Source: Octopus sinensis (taxonomy: Eukaryota). From it: a stretch of 64,000 nt of DNA. Positions 51,370-63,321 of the stretch are shown in pieces; within the stretch, counting starts at the first letter, position 1, and the number at the start of each line of letters is the position of its first letter. The DNA lies in the NCBI RefSeq assembly GCF_006345805.1, contig NC_042997.1, forward strand, positions 177,010,001 through 177,074,000, given 5' to 3'. The notes below the pieces were generated by a model. The model made no database searches and was not told the origin of the DNA. It was given only the letters and a program-made list of their open reading frames with translations. The position numbers and the translations under genes were made by a program.

Positions 51370-51427
51370 ATCATCATCATCATCATCATCATCGTCGTCG
51401 TCGTCGTCGTCGTCGTCATCATCATCA

Positions 51428-51669
51428 TTTTATGTTTGACTTTTGCTTTACATTTGTACAAGTTGGCTCCAAGTCTCACCCAGAGACCTCAAGAGACAAC
51501 AAGTTGGAAGTTCATGTTGGTGTTCTGTCAAGGGTGCCATATATTTGGTTTTGTACATAGTGTTGTTCTAGAGAATGTTTAAGAAGCCATAAGAAAATTA
51601 TGTGTTTGTTTTAAAACTTGAGATTGCATAGAAAGTATTTTGCGTAGGATATGGGCAGTTCCTATATAT
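51428..51669 (-). mobile_element. R4/Dong-like non-LTR 3' end (type 1), (GAA)n upstream
   Basis: Minus strand ATAGGAACTGCCCATATCCTACGCAAAATACTTTCTATGCAA = IGTAHILRKILSMQ, the terminal motif of RLE-bearing R4-clade ORFs, then 3' UTR. Confidence 0.7.
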
Positions 51670-51697
51670 TCTTCTTCTTCTTCTTCTTCTTCTTCTT

Positions 51698-51728
<31 letters not shown>

Positions 51729-51780
51729 TTATTATTATTATTATTATTATTATTTATCATCATCATCATCATCATTATTA

Positions 51781-51845
<65 letters not shown>

Positions 51846-51846
<1 letters not shown>

Positions 51847-52082
51847 TTTATGTTTGACTTTTGCTTTACTTTGTACAAGTTGGCTCTAAGTCTCACCCAG
51901 AGACCTCAAGAGACAACAAGTTGGAAGTTCATGTTGGTGTTCTGTCGGGTGCCATATATTTGGTTTTGTACATAGTGTTGTTCTAGAGAATGTTTAAGAA
52001 GCCATAAGAAAATTATGTGTTGGTTTAAAACTTGAGATTGCATAGAAATATTTTGCGTGGATATGGGCAGTTCCTATATATT
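51846..52082 (-). mobile_element. Second copy of R4/Dong-like type 1 3' end
   Basis: Near-identical to 51428-51669 with the same 5' junction. Confidence 0.7.
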
Positions 52083-52242
52083 CTTCTTCTTCTTCTTCTT
52101 CTTCTTCTTCTTCTCTTCTTCTTCTTCTTCTTCTTCTTCTTCTTCTTCTTCTTCTTCTTCTTCTTCTTCTTCTTCTTCTTCTTCTTCTTCTTCTTCTTCT
52201 TCTTCTCTTCTTCTTCTTCTTCTTCTTCTTCTTATTATTATT

Positions 52243-52613
52243 ATATTCAGTAGTTTATATTTTTATAGCGTGCTTTCACTTCACTACCGAGCGCAGCTCT
52301 GTGTGCCTTGGGTATGTGCTGTGATTTGTTGTGATGCTCTGATGGTTATTGTATGGAAAGTGTTCTGCGTAGGATGTGTGCAGTGCCTAGTAGTGCAATT
52401 TTCTGTATGTTATATGTGTTTGTAAGTCCTGGTGTTTTGTTATGTATTTGTTCTGAATATTTTTTTATCATGCCTAATGCACCTATTATGATAGGAATTG
52501 TTTCTGTTTTCAGATTCCACATTCTAGTTACCTCTATTTCCAGGTCTTTGTATTTTGAGAGTTTCTCCATTTCTTTTAGAGACACGTTGTCATCTGCCGG
52601 TATTGATACATCA
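52243..52613 (-). mobile_element. R4/Dong-like non-LTR 3' fragment (type 2) with RLE endonuclease C-terminus
   Basis: IDVSIPADDNVSLKEMEKLSKYKDLEIEVTRMWNLKTETIPIIIGALG...IQKIALLGTAHILRRTLS. Confidence 0.85.
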
Positions 52614-52676
<63 letters not shown>

Positions 52677-54574
52677 TGAATGCCTCTCACAGCATGTGTT
52701 CGATTGTTACGTTTTTCATAATCTTAACTATAGAACGAAATCGGAGACATAACTGTAATCTTTGAAGTAATCCAAAAAATTTGAGTTTTACGGTTTCAGC
52801 ACCCTTAACTATAGAGCAAAATTGAAGTCATAATCGTTACTTAGGCTTTGTATTTTCCAGCAAACGAATCGAATTTTTCGGACTAAAATTTATAGCTCAA
52901 AAAGATAGATCGACTTACGAACCGAGACAACTTCGGAGGACCAAAAATTCCATGTGTAATACAAAAGGATTTGGAAAAAATAATGACGATATTAGAATTT
53001 CACACTATATGTCTATATTATATACTATGTACACTTGCTTGCCGGAAAATCTATAATGGAAAAAAGTTTGCGTGTTAAGTTTTCAATAACCTTAACTATG
53101 GAATAGAATCGGAGACATAATCCAAATGTTTGAGGTAATAAAAAAGAGTTCGAATATTATGGTTTCAACAGCTTTAAGTATGGAACAAAATCGGAGACAT
53201 AATCTAAATTTTACCGTGAAGGAAACATGTTTGAAATACTTAGCCTTCACGTCACATTTTCATGTTCCAGAAAATTTTTTCACTAATATTGTTATTTACC
53301 CCCGGCCGGCACTGGGCGATCGAAGCTATTTAGGATCAAAATTGTTCCAGCCATGATCATCTAATCTTTTGGGAGTTTCTACAAAGTCGCTTGACACGTG
53401 AGAAAGAAATAGTAGCCAAATCTCCCTCAGACCTCACCATACTCGTCTTAGAGTGTACAAATTCGTTGGCTGAATAAGTGAATAAACAAAACCGCTATTC
53501 TGTTGTAACAGCTTGTGCAAACTTACATGCATTTTATTGATGCGAATGTGTAACAGCATCTCCTTCACTTGCACCTATACATGTGGGGCCTTGTGCTTAC
53601 TGAAGCATAGTTCACATTTGAATAGAGAGCGTCGTTAAAAAGGGACCACGTAGGCTCCTCGGAAAATATGACAGACGATATTTTGTTTTGATTTTTGTAG
53701 AAGCAATTTGACTTATTTTGAGCTCTAAAAACACACCGGAGAAATGCATGACCACCACAAATTCCCATTTCACCTTGTTTCTAAATGTAAGCCAGTCTGT
53801 GCGTGTATGTGTGTGCACGTGTGTCTATGCCGCAACAAGAAAATTCGAGTTAAGCGTTATACGTGGTAACGTGCCAATCACACAGACAGACAGACAGACA
53901 GATAGACAGATACACACACACACACACGCACACATACATGCACACACACAGAAGCACTAAGGATACAACAATTCTTTACATCTATAAACCTAAGATCAAC
54001 CACGAAGCCGGAACGTTTTAAAAAACAAAACGAAACAAGCAAAAGAAACAAAAAAAACACAAAACAAAATAGACAAACAGACAAAAAAAAAAGAAAAAGA
54101 AAATCAATAACAGAGTGAGATCTATTTTCACAAAATATTCAGCATATTTATATTTGGATATATAGATACTACTATATACGATACAACACCAATATTTCCT
54201 TCTATCTATTTTACTGCAATTTTTATTACTAAATGCAATTTGTCGAACTGGGAGCACTTGTGAAATTTCTCTCTCTCCCTCCCTGTCTGTCTCCCTCTCT
54301 CGCTGACACACATACACATGCATATGAAGCGAAATATATTCATATATACGCACAAGCATGTACGTATCTATATAGGTATAATAGATATATGGCAATCATA
54401 GACATATATGTAAACGCATATTTGAACGCATTATATCAATGTAACAAGTATGCAGATACAGTTCTTTGTGACTTACACTTTGTGACTTTACATACACTGA
54501 CTACGTCTCCATGCACACTCTGGTACGCGCGTATATATACATACACATGTATATATACACACATACCAACGTAT

Positions 54575-54786
54575 ATATAAAATGTGACCGCGTGTGTATC
54601 GTTGGCGATTTTTTTTCCTCTGTCTTCCCTTCTTTGGATCTTTCCTTTTCCTATGTCTCTGATGAAGAGCTCCGCTCGAAACGTTAAATCCTCCTTCTTT
54701 CTTTCCTTTCCTGAGCGTCCAACTATACTTGTTCCACGTCCTTGCGTTGTTGTGTTTTCTCTTTGTGTTTTCATGTTCAGATTAAC

Positions 54787-54790
<4 letters not shown>
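54575..54790 (+). mobile_element. PLE-type hammerhead mini-element ending in (TA)n
   Basis: CTGATGA-A-GAGC-TCC-GCTC-GAAA-CGTT at 54659-54685. Confidence 0.7.
54659..54685 (+). ncRNA. Minimal type I hammerhead ribozyme motif
   Basis: Canonical CUGAUGA and GAAA boxes, 4-bp stem II, palindromic ACGU stem III, putative GUU site; activity untested. Confidence 0.6.
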
Positions 54791-54819
<29 letters not shown>

Positions 54820-54910
54820 TATATATATATATATATATTATATATATATATATATATATATCATAAATCCGAAAGAAGCACGTTCTAACTTATACAGCAA
54901 TAGGGTATTT

Positions 54911-55099
54911 AGAAAATGTCAGTAATTGCCGGTTCATAGGGTTACCCAGGGTTTCGCGCGGCCTTTTCTCTCTCCAATTTGAAGAGAGGTTATAAGCCAC
55001 CAGCCATAAGGGGCTGACCAGACGTGTGTAGAGCTAAGCGCTTTATGGGCGCGAAACCCTGCGTAACACTATGAAACGGCTATAACCTGACATTCTCTC
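54911..55099. other. GC-rich inverted-repeat element (MITE or structured RNA)
   Basis: 54929-54959 vs reverse complement of 55049-55079 match at 28/31; AATGTCAG/CTGACATT extends outward. Confidence 0.6.
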
Positions 55100-55166
55100 C
55101 TTATCTCTCTCTCATTCTCTCCCTCTCGCTCTCTCTCTCTATACATATATACATATATATATGTCT

Positions 55167-55232
<66 letters not shown>

Positions 55233-55244
55233 TACATACACACA

Positions 55245-55403
55245 CACGTATCGTTCCTTGTTTTTTCTGTGTCCCTTCTGTAGAAGAGCGTAGGCTCGAA
55301 ACGTAAAAGACTTTTTCTATTCCTGAGCGTTATACTAATACATCTGTTTGTTTTGTACACCACATGTCTTCGTCTTTTGTTTTTTTCGTAAGTAAAACTC
55401 TCC

Positions 55404-55405
<2 letters not shown>
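55245..55405 (+). mobile_element. PLE-type hammerhead mini-element, variant core, ending in (TA)n
   Basis: CTGTAGA-A-GAGC-GTAG-GCTC-GAAA-CGTA at 55278-55305. Confidence 0.65.
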
Positions 55406-55441
<36 letters not shown>

Positions 55442-56195
55442 ATATAACATATATATATAAGTATATATATATGTCTCTATGTATGGTTTCTAGTACCGTA
55501 TGATGTAGGCAGTGGTCCCACATTGCCCAACATATGCAACAAACATCTGACACCTTTCTACTCTGTTCATTGCAAGCGGTAAGTTGACAAACATCAGTAC
55601 ATCACAAATAAAGACATGCGCGCACGCATGTACACACACACGCACACGCATGTACACGCACACGCATGCACACGCACACGCATGCACACTCACACGCATG
55701 TACACGCACACGCATGCACACGCACACGTATGCACACGCACACGCATGCACACGCACACGCATGCACACGCACACGCATGCACACACACACACAGATACA
55801 CACACACACAGGGAAGCACACCTACATACACAGTCGTTTGCAGAGTTTATATATTTAGAACAGGTTAATTTATAATATATATATATATATATATCGTTGT
55901 TATTATGCAAAAGTGTCGTAAATCCAAAACGTTGCTTTTTCAGAAAACGAAAAAGTAGTTTCACCATTCCGTATCAAAACCGCTGAGCTACACTTTGACA
56001 GTTTTCAATATCTTGCCATCTCAAGCAGGTACGATAGTTTGACCAAAAGAACCGGCTATTGCAAGCAAAAATAAATATTGAAATAAAACGCATTTGGCCA
56101 AATTTGGACATACGACAGTTTAACATAATAACAATGATATATATCTATATATCTATACACATACACACACACACACACACGCACATATATATATA

Positions 56196-56618
56196 CTCTT
56201 TACTCTTTACTCTTTTACTCTTTTACTTGTTTCAGTCATTTGACTGCGGCCATGCTGGAGCACCGCCTTTAGTCGAGCAAATCGACCCCGGGACTTATTC
56301 TTTGTAAGCCCAGTACTTATTCTATCGGTCTCTTTTGCCGAACCGCTAAGTTAGGGGACGTAAACACACCAGCATCGGTTGTCAAGCAATGCTAGGGGGA
56401 CAAACACAGACACACAAACATATACACACACACTTATATATATATATACATATATACGACAGGCTTCTTTCAGTTTCCGTCTACCAAATCCACTCACAAG
56501 GCATTGGTCGGCCCGGGGCTATAGCAGAAGACACTTGCCCAAGATACCACGCAGTGGGACTGAACCCGAACCATGTGGTTGGTTAGCAAGTTACTTACTA
56601 CACAGCCACTCCTGCGCC
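56196..56618 (-). mobile_element. CORE-SINE family B, full length with (AAAGAGT)n tail
   Basis: TACTCTTTACTCTTTACTCTTTTACTC tail; head CAGCCACTCCTGCGCCT. Confidence 0.92.
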
Positions 56619-56823
56619 TATATGTATATCTTTTCGATATGTTTATGGTAACGTTTGGAGTATGCAAATAAATTCCTATCTCATTATGCCGGCTACCGTC
56701 TAATGATACTGACTAGTACGTCAGTTTTTCAGGGTTGCATCATCATCATCATCATTATTATATATATATATTTACATATATATATATTTATATATCTTTC
56801 TCACACACACATACACACACGCA

Positions 56824-56879
<56 letters not shown>

Positions 56880-57934
56880 CGCATACACACATTCGCCCAC
56901 ATACATATTAGTTGAGTATGCAATATGTATTTGGTATTAAGATCAAGATCATAGCTGTTATAACTTAACAAGTTCCCAACAGTACACCCCCTACACAACA
57001 CAACACACACACGCGCACAAACATGTGAATAAAGATTTATGATCACCATATGTAGTAGATGTATTTGTGTTTCGTGTGAACCAGCTTTCGTCCTCTACTC
57101 CAATCAATGACACAGTAGTTGTCTTAATTCTTTTATCGATTTAATGTTGTACAACTATGACAGTACGGTCTTCCTTTTAACAGAGGTTAGTTTGTGCATC
57201 TGTAAGGAACATTTGTAATCAATTATACTTCTATACTTCACTTCTATAACACTTCTCAAACCCAGCCAGTGTGCCATTGATGGAGCCCCTACGCAGGAGT
57301 AGCGTATAACCCACCTATGGGAGAAATTTCACCGACTATCAAATTTAAAACCGTCTGCTAATGAAGTCTTTAAAAGTTTGTATGGAAGAAAACAGTCAAG
57401 TTTTAAAACCAGATCTCTATTTTATTATAAAGAAATTCTAGTCGTAAAATTGGTTATGGTTTGTCTGGCTTCCTAGCGGAATATAGGCTTTCCATAATAG
57501 TCTGCAAATATATTATATTATATGCTTTTCCTTTCACTTGTTTCTGCACAAATCTTGTTTGCTTAACCTTTTGCTATCATTTCTGCAGAAATTCACTACG
57601 TTTATTTAATTTAATCTTGATTTAATTTGATTTAATTTCGAAACTTACGAAGAATATAGTAATATAAATTTGTCATTAATAAACTGGTGTTTGGAGCAAA
57701 AATTAAACAAAAAAATTTGATCACTTTAAAACAGGTAGTGTGTATCATAGAACCAAGAGGGGCTCAGGCGAGTAGGTGTCAAAAGGTCGGCCAATTTCTG
57801 TTAACTAATCCTCTGTCGGTCTGTCGGTCTCCTTTTTCTCTTTGCCTTTCGAAACATCCTTCTGGTCTTATTAATGCATCACCTACCCATTCCAATTCCC
57901 CTCACAATGTTTGCTGGCTGATGTGTTCCTGTTT

Positions 57935-58170
57935 TACTTATTTCTTTACTGCCCACAAGGGACTACACACAGAGGGGACAAACAAGGACAAACAAACGGA
58001 TTTAGTCGATTATATTGACCCCAGTGTGTAACTGGTACTTATTTAATCGACCCCGAAAGGATGAAAGGCAGAGTCGACCTCGGCGGAATTTGAACTCAGA
58101 ACGTAGCGGCAGATGAAATACCGCTAAGCATTTCGCCCGGCGTGCTAACGTTTCTGCCAGCTCGCCGCCT
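57935..58170 (-). mobile_element. SINE family A monomer
   Basis: Complete head to AAGAAATA tail in reverse complement. Confidence 0.9.
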
Positions 58171-58174
58171 TTCT

Positions 58175-60170
58175 GGCTATTAAAAGTTTAGGCTGTTTCT
58201 GAGGCACACCCATAAATGTCTGCAGCTTTCTAAGGATATTTGCACCTGTTAATTATAACTCGGCACCACATAGCAGATAGATTTGAAAATGCTATTGAAA
58301 TTCCTCAGCTTAACACATCTGAACATAACCTTTTGCTTTTAAATAGCTCTAAAATACTTTCCATGTCCCGTATCAAAGAGCTCCCGGTTTCGTTACGATT
58401 AGCTGTTTTGTCTTCCTCTGCAGATTTTGATATTGCTGAGATATAAGGCAAATATCATCTGTAAAGACTTGTTATTCTAGCGTTTGCCATTGTGCTTACC
58501 GTAAACTTGGTTTTACGGTCTACGTAGTTTCACGCATCACCCAGTCAAACAATAATAAAAACATTGCTATTTCAGTTTAATTTTGATTTCGGATTATTTC
58601 GACACTCTTTCATTACTTATTGCTTTTTTTTTTATTTCTTTTGGATGGTATTAATGAGCTTGTTGGAAATTCCATAGCAGCCAAGTATTTTTTCTTATCA
58701 ACTCCATCGAAAACCTTTTCAAAGTTGAGAAATTGAGATGGTGGGGAACCTACCGTTGTGTTCTGTTATAATCTCTATTGCAAGAATGCGGTTGTTCTTA
58801 GACGCTCTTGCCTTGCACTTTAAATTTGTTCTAAGATATTTTCCTGTGTTCCCAAAAGTGATCTTTGCGAGTACTCTGCTGAGTGCTGGGAAGAGCATGC
58901 CACCACATCAGTTTTTGTAGGCAATAAAATATTTTTTAAATATTTTTTCACCATTTTTCTTTCAGTCCGTGAGTACATTGCCTTCCTTCCATATGTTCTG
59001 TAGTAAAGATCCTAGCGAATAAGATGTAGTGGCAATACCACTTTTAACGCTGTAGGTGAAACTCCATCTTTACCGGCTACTTTTATGCTTTTCGGTATCT
59101 TTAGGGCTTCGAAAATTCCATCGTTTGCCCGCTGCTCAATATTTATGCTTCGCTCGGAGGTCGCTGGTGAAATTTCTAGTTCGCATATGAGTGGGGTAGA
59201 GCCTGTTGAGCAGTTCTAAAGTGTAGTTAGGCCATCCTTTCTTCTGCTTTTATTCCGCCGTTATTCACTGTCCTGCTGTATCTTTCACTGTTTTGGAGAT
59301 ATTTGGAAGATTTCCAGGTAAAGTACTTTTTGTGTCACTTCCGTTGACTTGTTTACACGCTTTTCATGACAGGATCTTTCGTTCTTCTTTTTACTTCTCT
59401 TTACTTCCTTATATTTGTCTCGTCCTCCTTGGCATTGATCATAGCCAGTTTTCTTTTTTTCTATTCACTCCTCGGTATCGCTGGAGAGCCATTCTGACAC
59501 TGCATTTTCCTTATTCCAAGGACTTCAGTGCATATTTCTTTGTAAACGTCATTTATCAATACCTAATTTTCATCCATTGGCGTGTTGTTTATAGCATACT
59601 TACTCTAGTGTTTCTAGCCTAATTCTTAGCATGACGGAAAATGCTTTTTTTTTTCGTTTCGTTTTCTCTCATCTTCTGGGCGTTGTATTTGCAGCGCAGC
59701 TTTTCCCTCACATCTTCGAAAATTCTCAACATTATTTTGATTTTTGTTTTCCTGGCACCAACAAGTAATCCGATGCCATATTCTCTTCTTTCATCGTTCG
59801 AGAATCAATTAAGCTGCCAATAACGTTATCAATACTGAGGTATTTTCCCTTGTAATCTATCCTATTTTTGCATTTATAAGGCAAGTCAGTTCCTTGATAT
59901 ATCCTTATCGCTATTTTGATAACTGTTTGAAGTTATTTGTTGAAATTTTTCTCCTTTTGGTCCACGTTATTTTGGTCCACCCGCCACAAGCCAGTTTTAT
60001 AATTTTGCTCCCGTTCCATCAACCCTCGTAGATTCCTAACGCTTGACTTCCATATCTTTTGGCCAATTGGGCTCCAATGCTTGCCAAATTCTACATTCAC
60101 GTGTTCTATGTTCCAGTTTTTATCGTTTTTGTTGATAGAAAATTCTGGTTTGTCGAATGCTTCCACTAAG
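58175..60170 (-). mobile_element. Heavily decayed RTE-clade LINE (end of APE through RT)
   Basis: Across stops: SVRNLRG, IWKEGNVLTD*K, LSRVLAKI, FLNFEKVFDGVD, YGISNKLINTIQ, LFDWVMRET, FTDDICLISQQYQNLQRKTKQL. Confidence 0.8.
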
Positions 60171-60604
60171 CCTCTTCATACTTTCTCCTACTGAAGTTGA
60201 GATTTCTATTGTTATTATAATATTTGAGAAGCCTCCTCCCCCTCCTCCACCACCACGACGACGACGACGACGACCACCACCACCACCACGACGACGACGA
60301 CGACGACCACCACCACCACCACTATCCCGGTTGGGAAGTGGTTGGAAACTCCGGGAGTTTCAGATGAAGTTAGTATGTAACATATAGTTTTTATCATTTT
60401 TCTCGGTACAGATGCACCAACATATGTTCTTATGCCTTTGAAAGTTAGGTCCAGTGTATGAATAAGATTCCCACCGGTAACTGGATTCTGCTTGAAATAT
60501 AAGCCAAATCCCCCTCACCTTTCATTCCAAGCAAACTTTAGCTTAAGTTTGTACTGATAAAAGTCTTCAATTTCCATTTAACCATTTATAGAAATATTGA
60601 TTTC

Positions 60605-61215
60605 AAATTTTGGCACAAGGCTAGAGATTTCGGGGTAGTGGGTAAGTGGAATACATCGACCTCAATGCAGAAATGGTGCTTATTTTATCGACCCCGAAAG
60701 GATGAAAGGTAAAGTCGACCTCAGCGGAATTTGAACTCAGATCGAAAAGACGGACGAAATGTCGCTAAACATTTTGCAAGGCGTACTAATGATTCTTATT
60801 TCTTTACTACCCACAAGGGGCTAAACACAGAGATGACAAACAAGGACAGACATAGGTATTAAGTAGATTATATCGACCCCAGTGCGTAACTGGTACTTAA
60901 TTTATCGTCCCCGAAAGGATGAAAGGCAAAGTCGACCTCGGCGGAATTTGAACTCAGAACGTAACGGCAGACGAAATACCTATTTCTTTATTACCCACAA
61001 GGGGCTAAACACAGAGGGGACAAACAAGGACAGACATAGGTATTAAGTCGATTACATCGACCCCAGTGCGTAACTGGTACTTAATTTATCGACCCCGAAA
61101 GGATGAAAGGCAAAGTCGACCTCGGCGGAATTTGAACTCACAACGTAACGCAGACGAAATACCGCTAAGTATTTCGCCCGACGTGCTAACGATTCTGCCA
61201 GCTTGCTACCTTACT
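60605..61215 (-). mobile_element. SINE family A dimer joined to an older B-tail copy
   Basis: Junctions GAAATACC|TATTTCTT (~60977) and tail-into-head at ~60793. Confidence 0.88.
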
Positions 61216-61243
61216 TTGTGTAACAATATTAAATATTTACAAT

Positions 61244-61460
61244 AAGGCGGCTAGCTGGCAGAATGTTTAGCATGCCGGGCAAAATGTTAGTGGCATTTCG
61301 TCTGTCTTAACGTTCTGAGTTCAAATTCCGCCGAGGTCGACTTTACTTTTTTATCCTTTCGGAGGTCGATAGAATAAGTACCATTTGATCACTGGGAACG
61401 ATGTGATCGACTTACCCCCTGCCCCAAAACTGTTATTCTTTTGCCAAAATTTGAAACCAA
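61244..61460 (+). mobile_element. SINE family A (B-type tail)
   Basis: AAGGCGGCTAGCTGGCAGAATG...GAGTTCAAATTCCGCCGAGGTCGAC. Confidence 0.88.
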
Positions 61461-62027
61461 TATTAAAGGTTTGCAAGGTTAATCCATTATGTTGGAATGG
61501 TGGTAGATTATTAATAAAAATGAATATTAGCATACTGGTATGGATGAAAATATATTTATAAAAGTTACTTTAAAAAGGCAGTATCGATGTGCGTCACAGA
61601 TTAATTTATATAATATAAAGATACTGATGTCGAAATAGTGTTAAAACAACGAAGTATTGAAAATATACTTTTTAAGAAGTTCCGAAATAATGTCAAATAA
61701 AATTATTCAAAATAATATGTGACTAGTAAAAAATGGAGGTGAAAGCCTGATTTTCACCCGAAAATAGTAACAAAACTGCATAAAAAGATTACCAGGTACT
61801 CAGTTTGGTATTATTGAATCACTAATGATATGTAGCTTCGAAAACAAAATGTGACAAAAAAACTGACCTTTGACACAATAGATCTAGAAAATCACGTATA
61901 ATGATCACCACGTTCACATTTCAAAATACATTTTTCTTTTCTTTTGAAGATATATCATTATTTAGTTTTATGCTAAAATAATGCTGCATTAGCGCTCTAA
62001 TATCTGTGACGGTACAAGAAGAAGGAA

Positions 62028-62257
62028 AGGCGGCGAGCTGGCAGAAACGTTAGCACGCCGGGCGAAATGCTTAGCGGTATTTCGTCTGCGTTACGTTGTG
62101 AGTTCAAATTCCGCCGAGGTCGACTTTGCCTTTCGTCCTTTCGGGGTTGATAAATTAAGTACCAGTTACGCACTGGGTCGATGTAATCGACTTAATACCT
62201 ATGTCTGTCCTTGTTTGTCCCCTCTGTGTTTAGCTCCTTGTGGGTAATAAAGAAATA
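62028..62257 (+). mobile_element. SINE family A monomer with 13-bp TSD
   Basis: GGTACAAGAAGAA at 62011-62023 and 62258-62270. Confidence 0.92.
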
Positions 62258-62466
62258 GGTACAAGAAGAAAGAGGAGCAGGAGAAGGAGAATGAGGAGAA
62301 TAATGATAATAATAATAATAATAATATGAAGAAGAGAAAGAAGAGGAGGAGGAACTACTACTATACAAGTACGTTACATCGGTTATACACTGGTCTTAGC
62401 TATGTGCAATATAACGGAGTTTAAAACTAGGAGCGAATCAAAATGATTGTAATATATTGATTTCAA

Positions 62467-62880
62467 AAGGCGGCGAGCTAGCAGGCACTTTAGCACGCCG
62501 GGTGAAATGCTTAGCGGGTTTTTCGTCTGTCTTTTCGTTCTGAGTTCAAATTCCGCCGAGGTCGACTTTGCCTTTCATGGTTTCGGGATCGATAGATTAA
62601 GTACCAGTTGGGGAGGGGAGTCGATTAAATCGATCCCGCCTCCCACAAAATTTGGGGCGTTGTGCCTAGAATAGAAAGGAACATATTGGTTTCAAACTGT
62701 GGCACAAGGCAGGGGCTAAGTCGATTACATCGACCCCAGAGCTCAACTGGTACTTATTCTCCCAATCCGGAAAGGCTGAAAAGCAAAGTCGACTTTGGCA
62801 GAATTTGAACTCAGAACAAAGACGGACGAAATGCCGCTAAGCATTTTGCTCGGCGTGCTAGCGATTCTGCCAGCTTGCTG
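62467..62880. mobile_element. Two SINE family A copies tail-to-tail (+ 62467-62680, - 62695-62880)
   Basis: Heads at both outer ends. Confidence 0.85.
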
Positions 62881-62914
62881 TCTTAATGTTTGTAATAGAT
62901 TAATATATATTTCT

Positions 62915-63313
62915 TTATTGCCAAACAGGGGGCTAAACATAGAGGGGACAAACAAAGGGTTTAAGCTGATTACACCGACCCCAGTGTGTAACTGGTACTT
63001 ATTTAATCGACCCCGAAAGTGTGAAAAGTAAAGTCGACCTCGGCGGAATTTGAACTCAGAACGTAGCGGCAGACGAAATACCTATTTCTTTACAGCCCAC
63101 AAGAGGTTACACACAGAGGGGACAAGCAAGGACAGACAAACGGATTAAGTCGACTATATCGACCCCAGTCCGTAACTGGTACTTAATTTATCGACCTCGA
63201 AAGGATGAAAGGCAAAGTCGACCTCGGCGGAATTTGAACTCAGAACGCAGCGGCGGACGAAATACCACAAAGCATTTCGCCCGGCGTGCTAACGTCTCTG
63301 CCAGCTCGCCGCC
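62915..63313 (-). mobile_element. SINE family A dimer
   Basis: Junction GAAATACC|TATTTCTT at ~63080. Confidence 0.9.
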
Positions 63314-63321
63314 CTAAATAT

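Noticed and set aside
52723-53202. CRISPR-like spaced repeats
   Set aside because: Eukaryotic context, degenerate repeats, irregular spacing, related spacers, no cas genes
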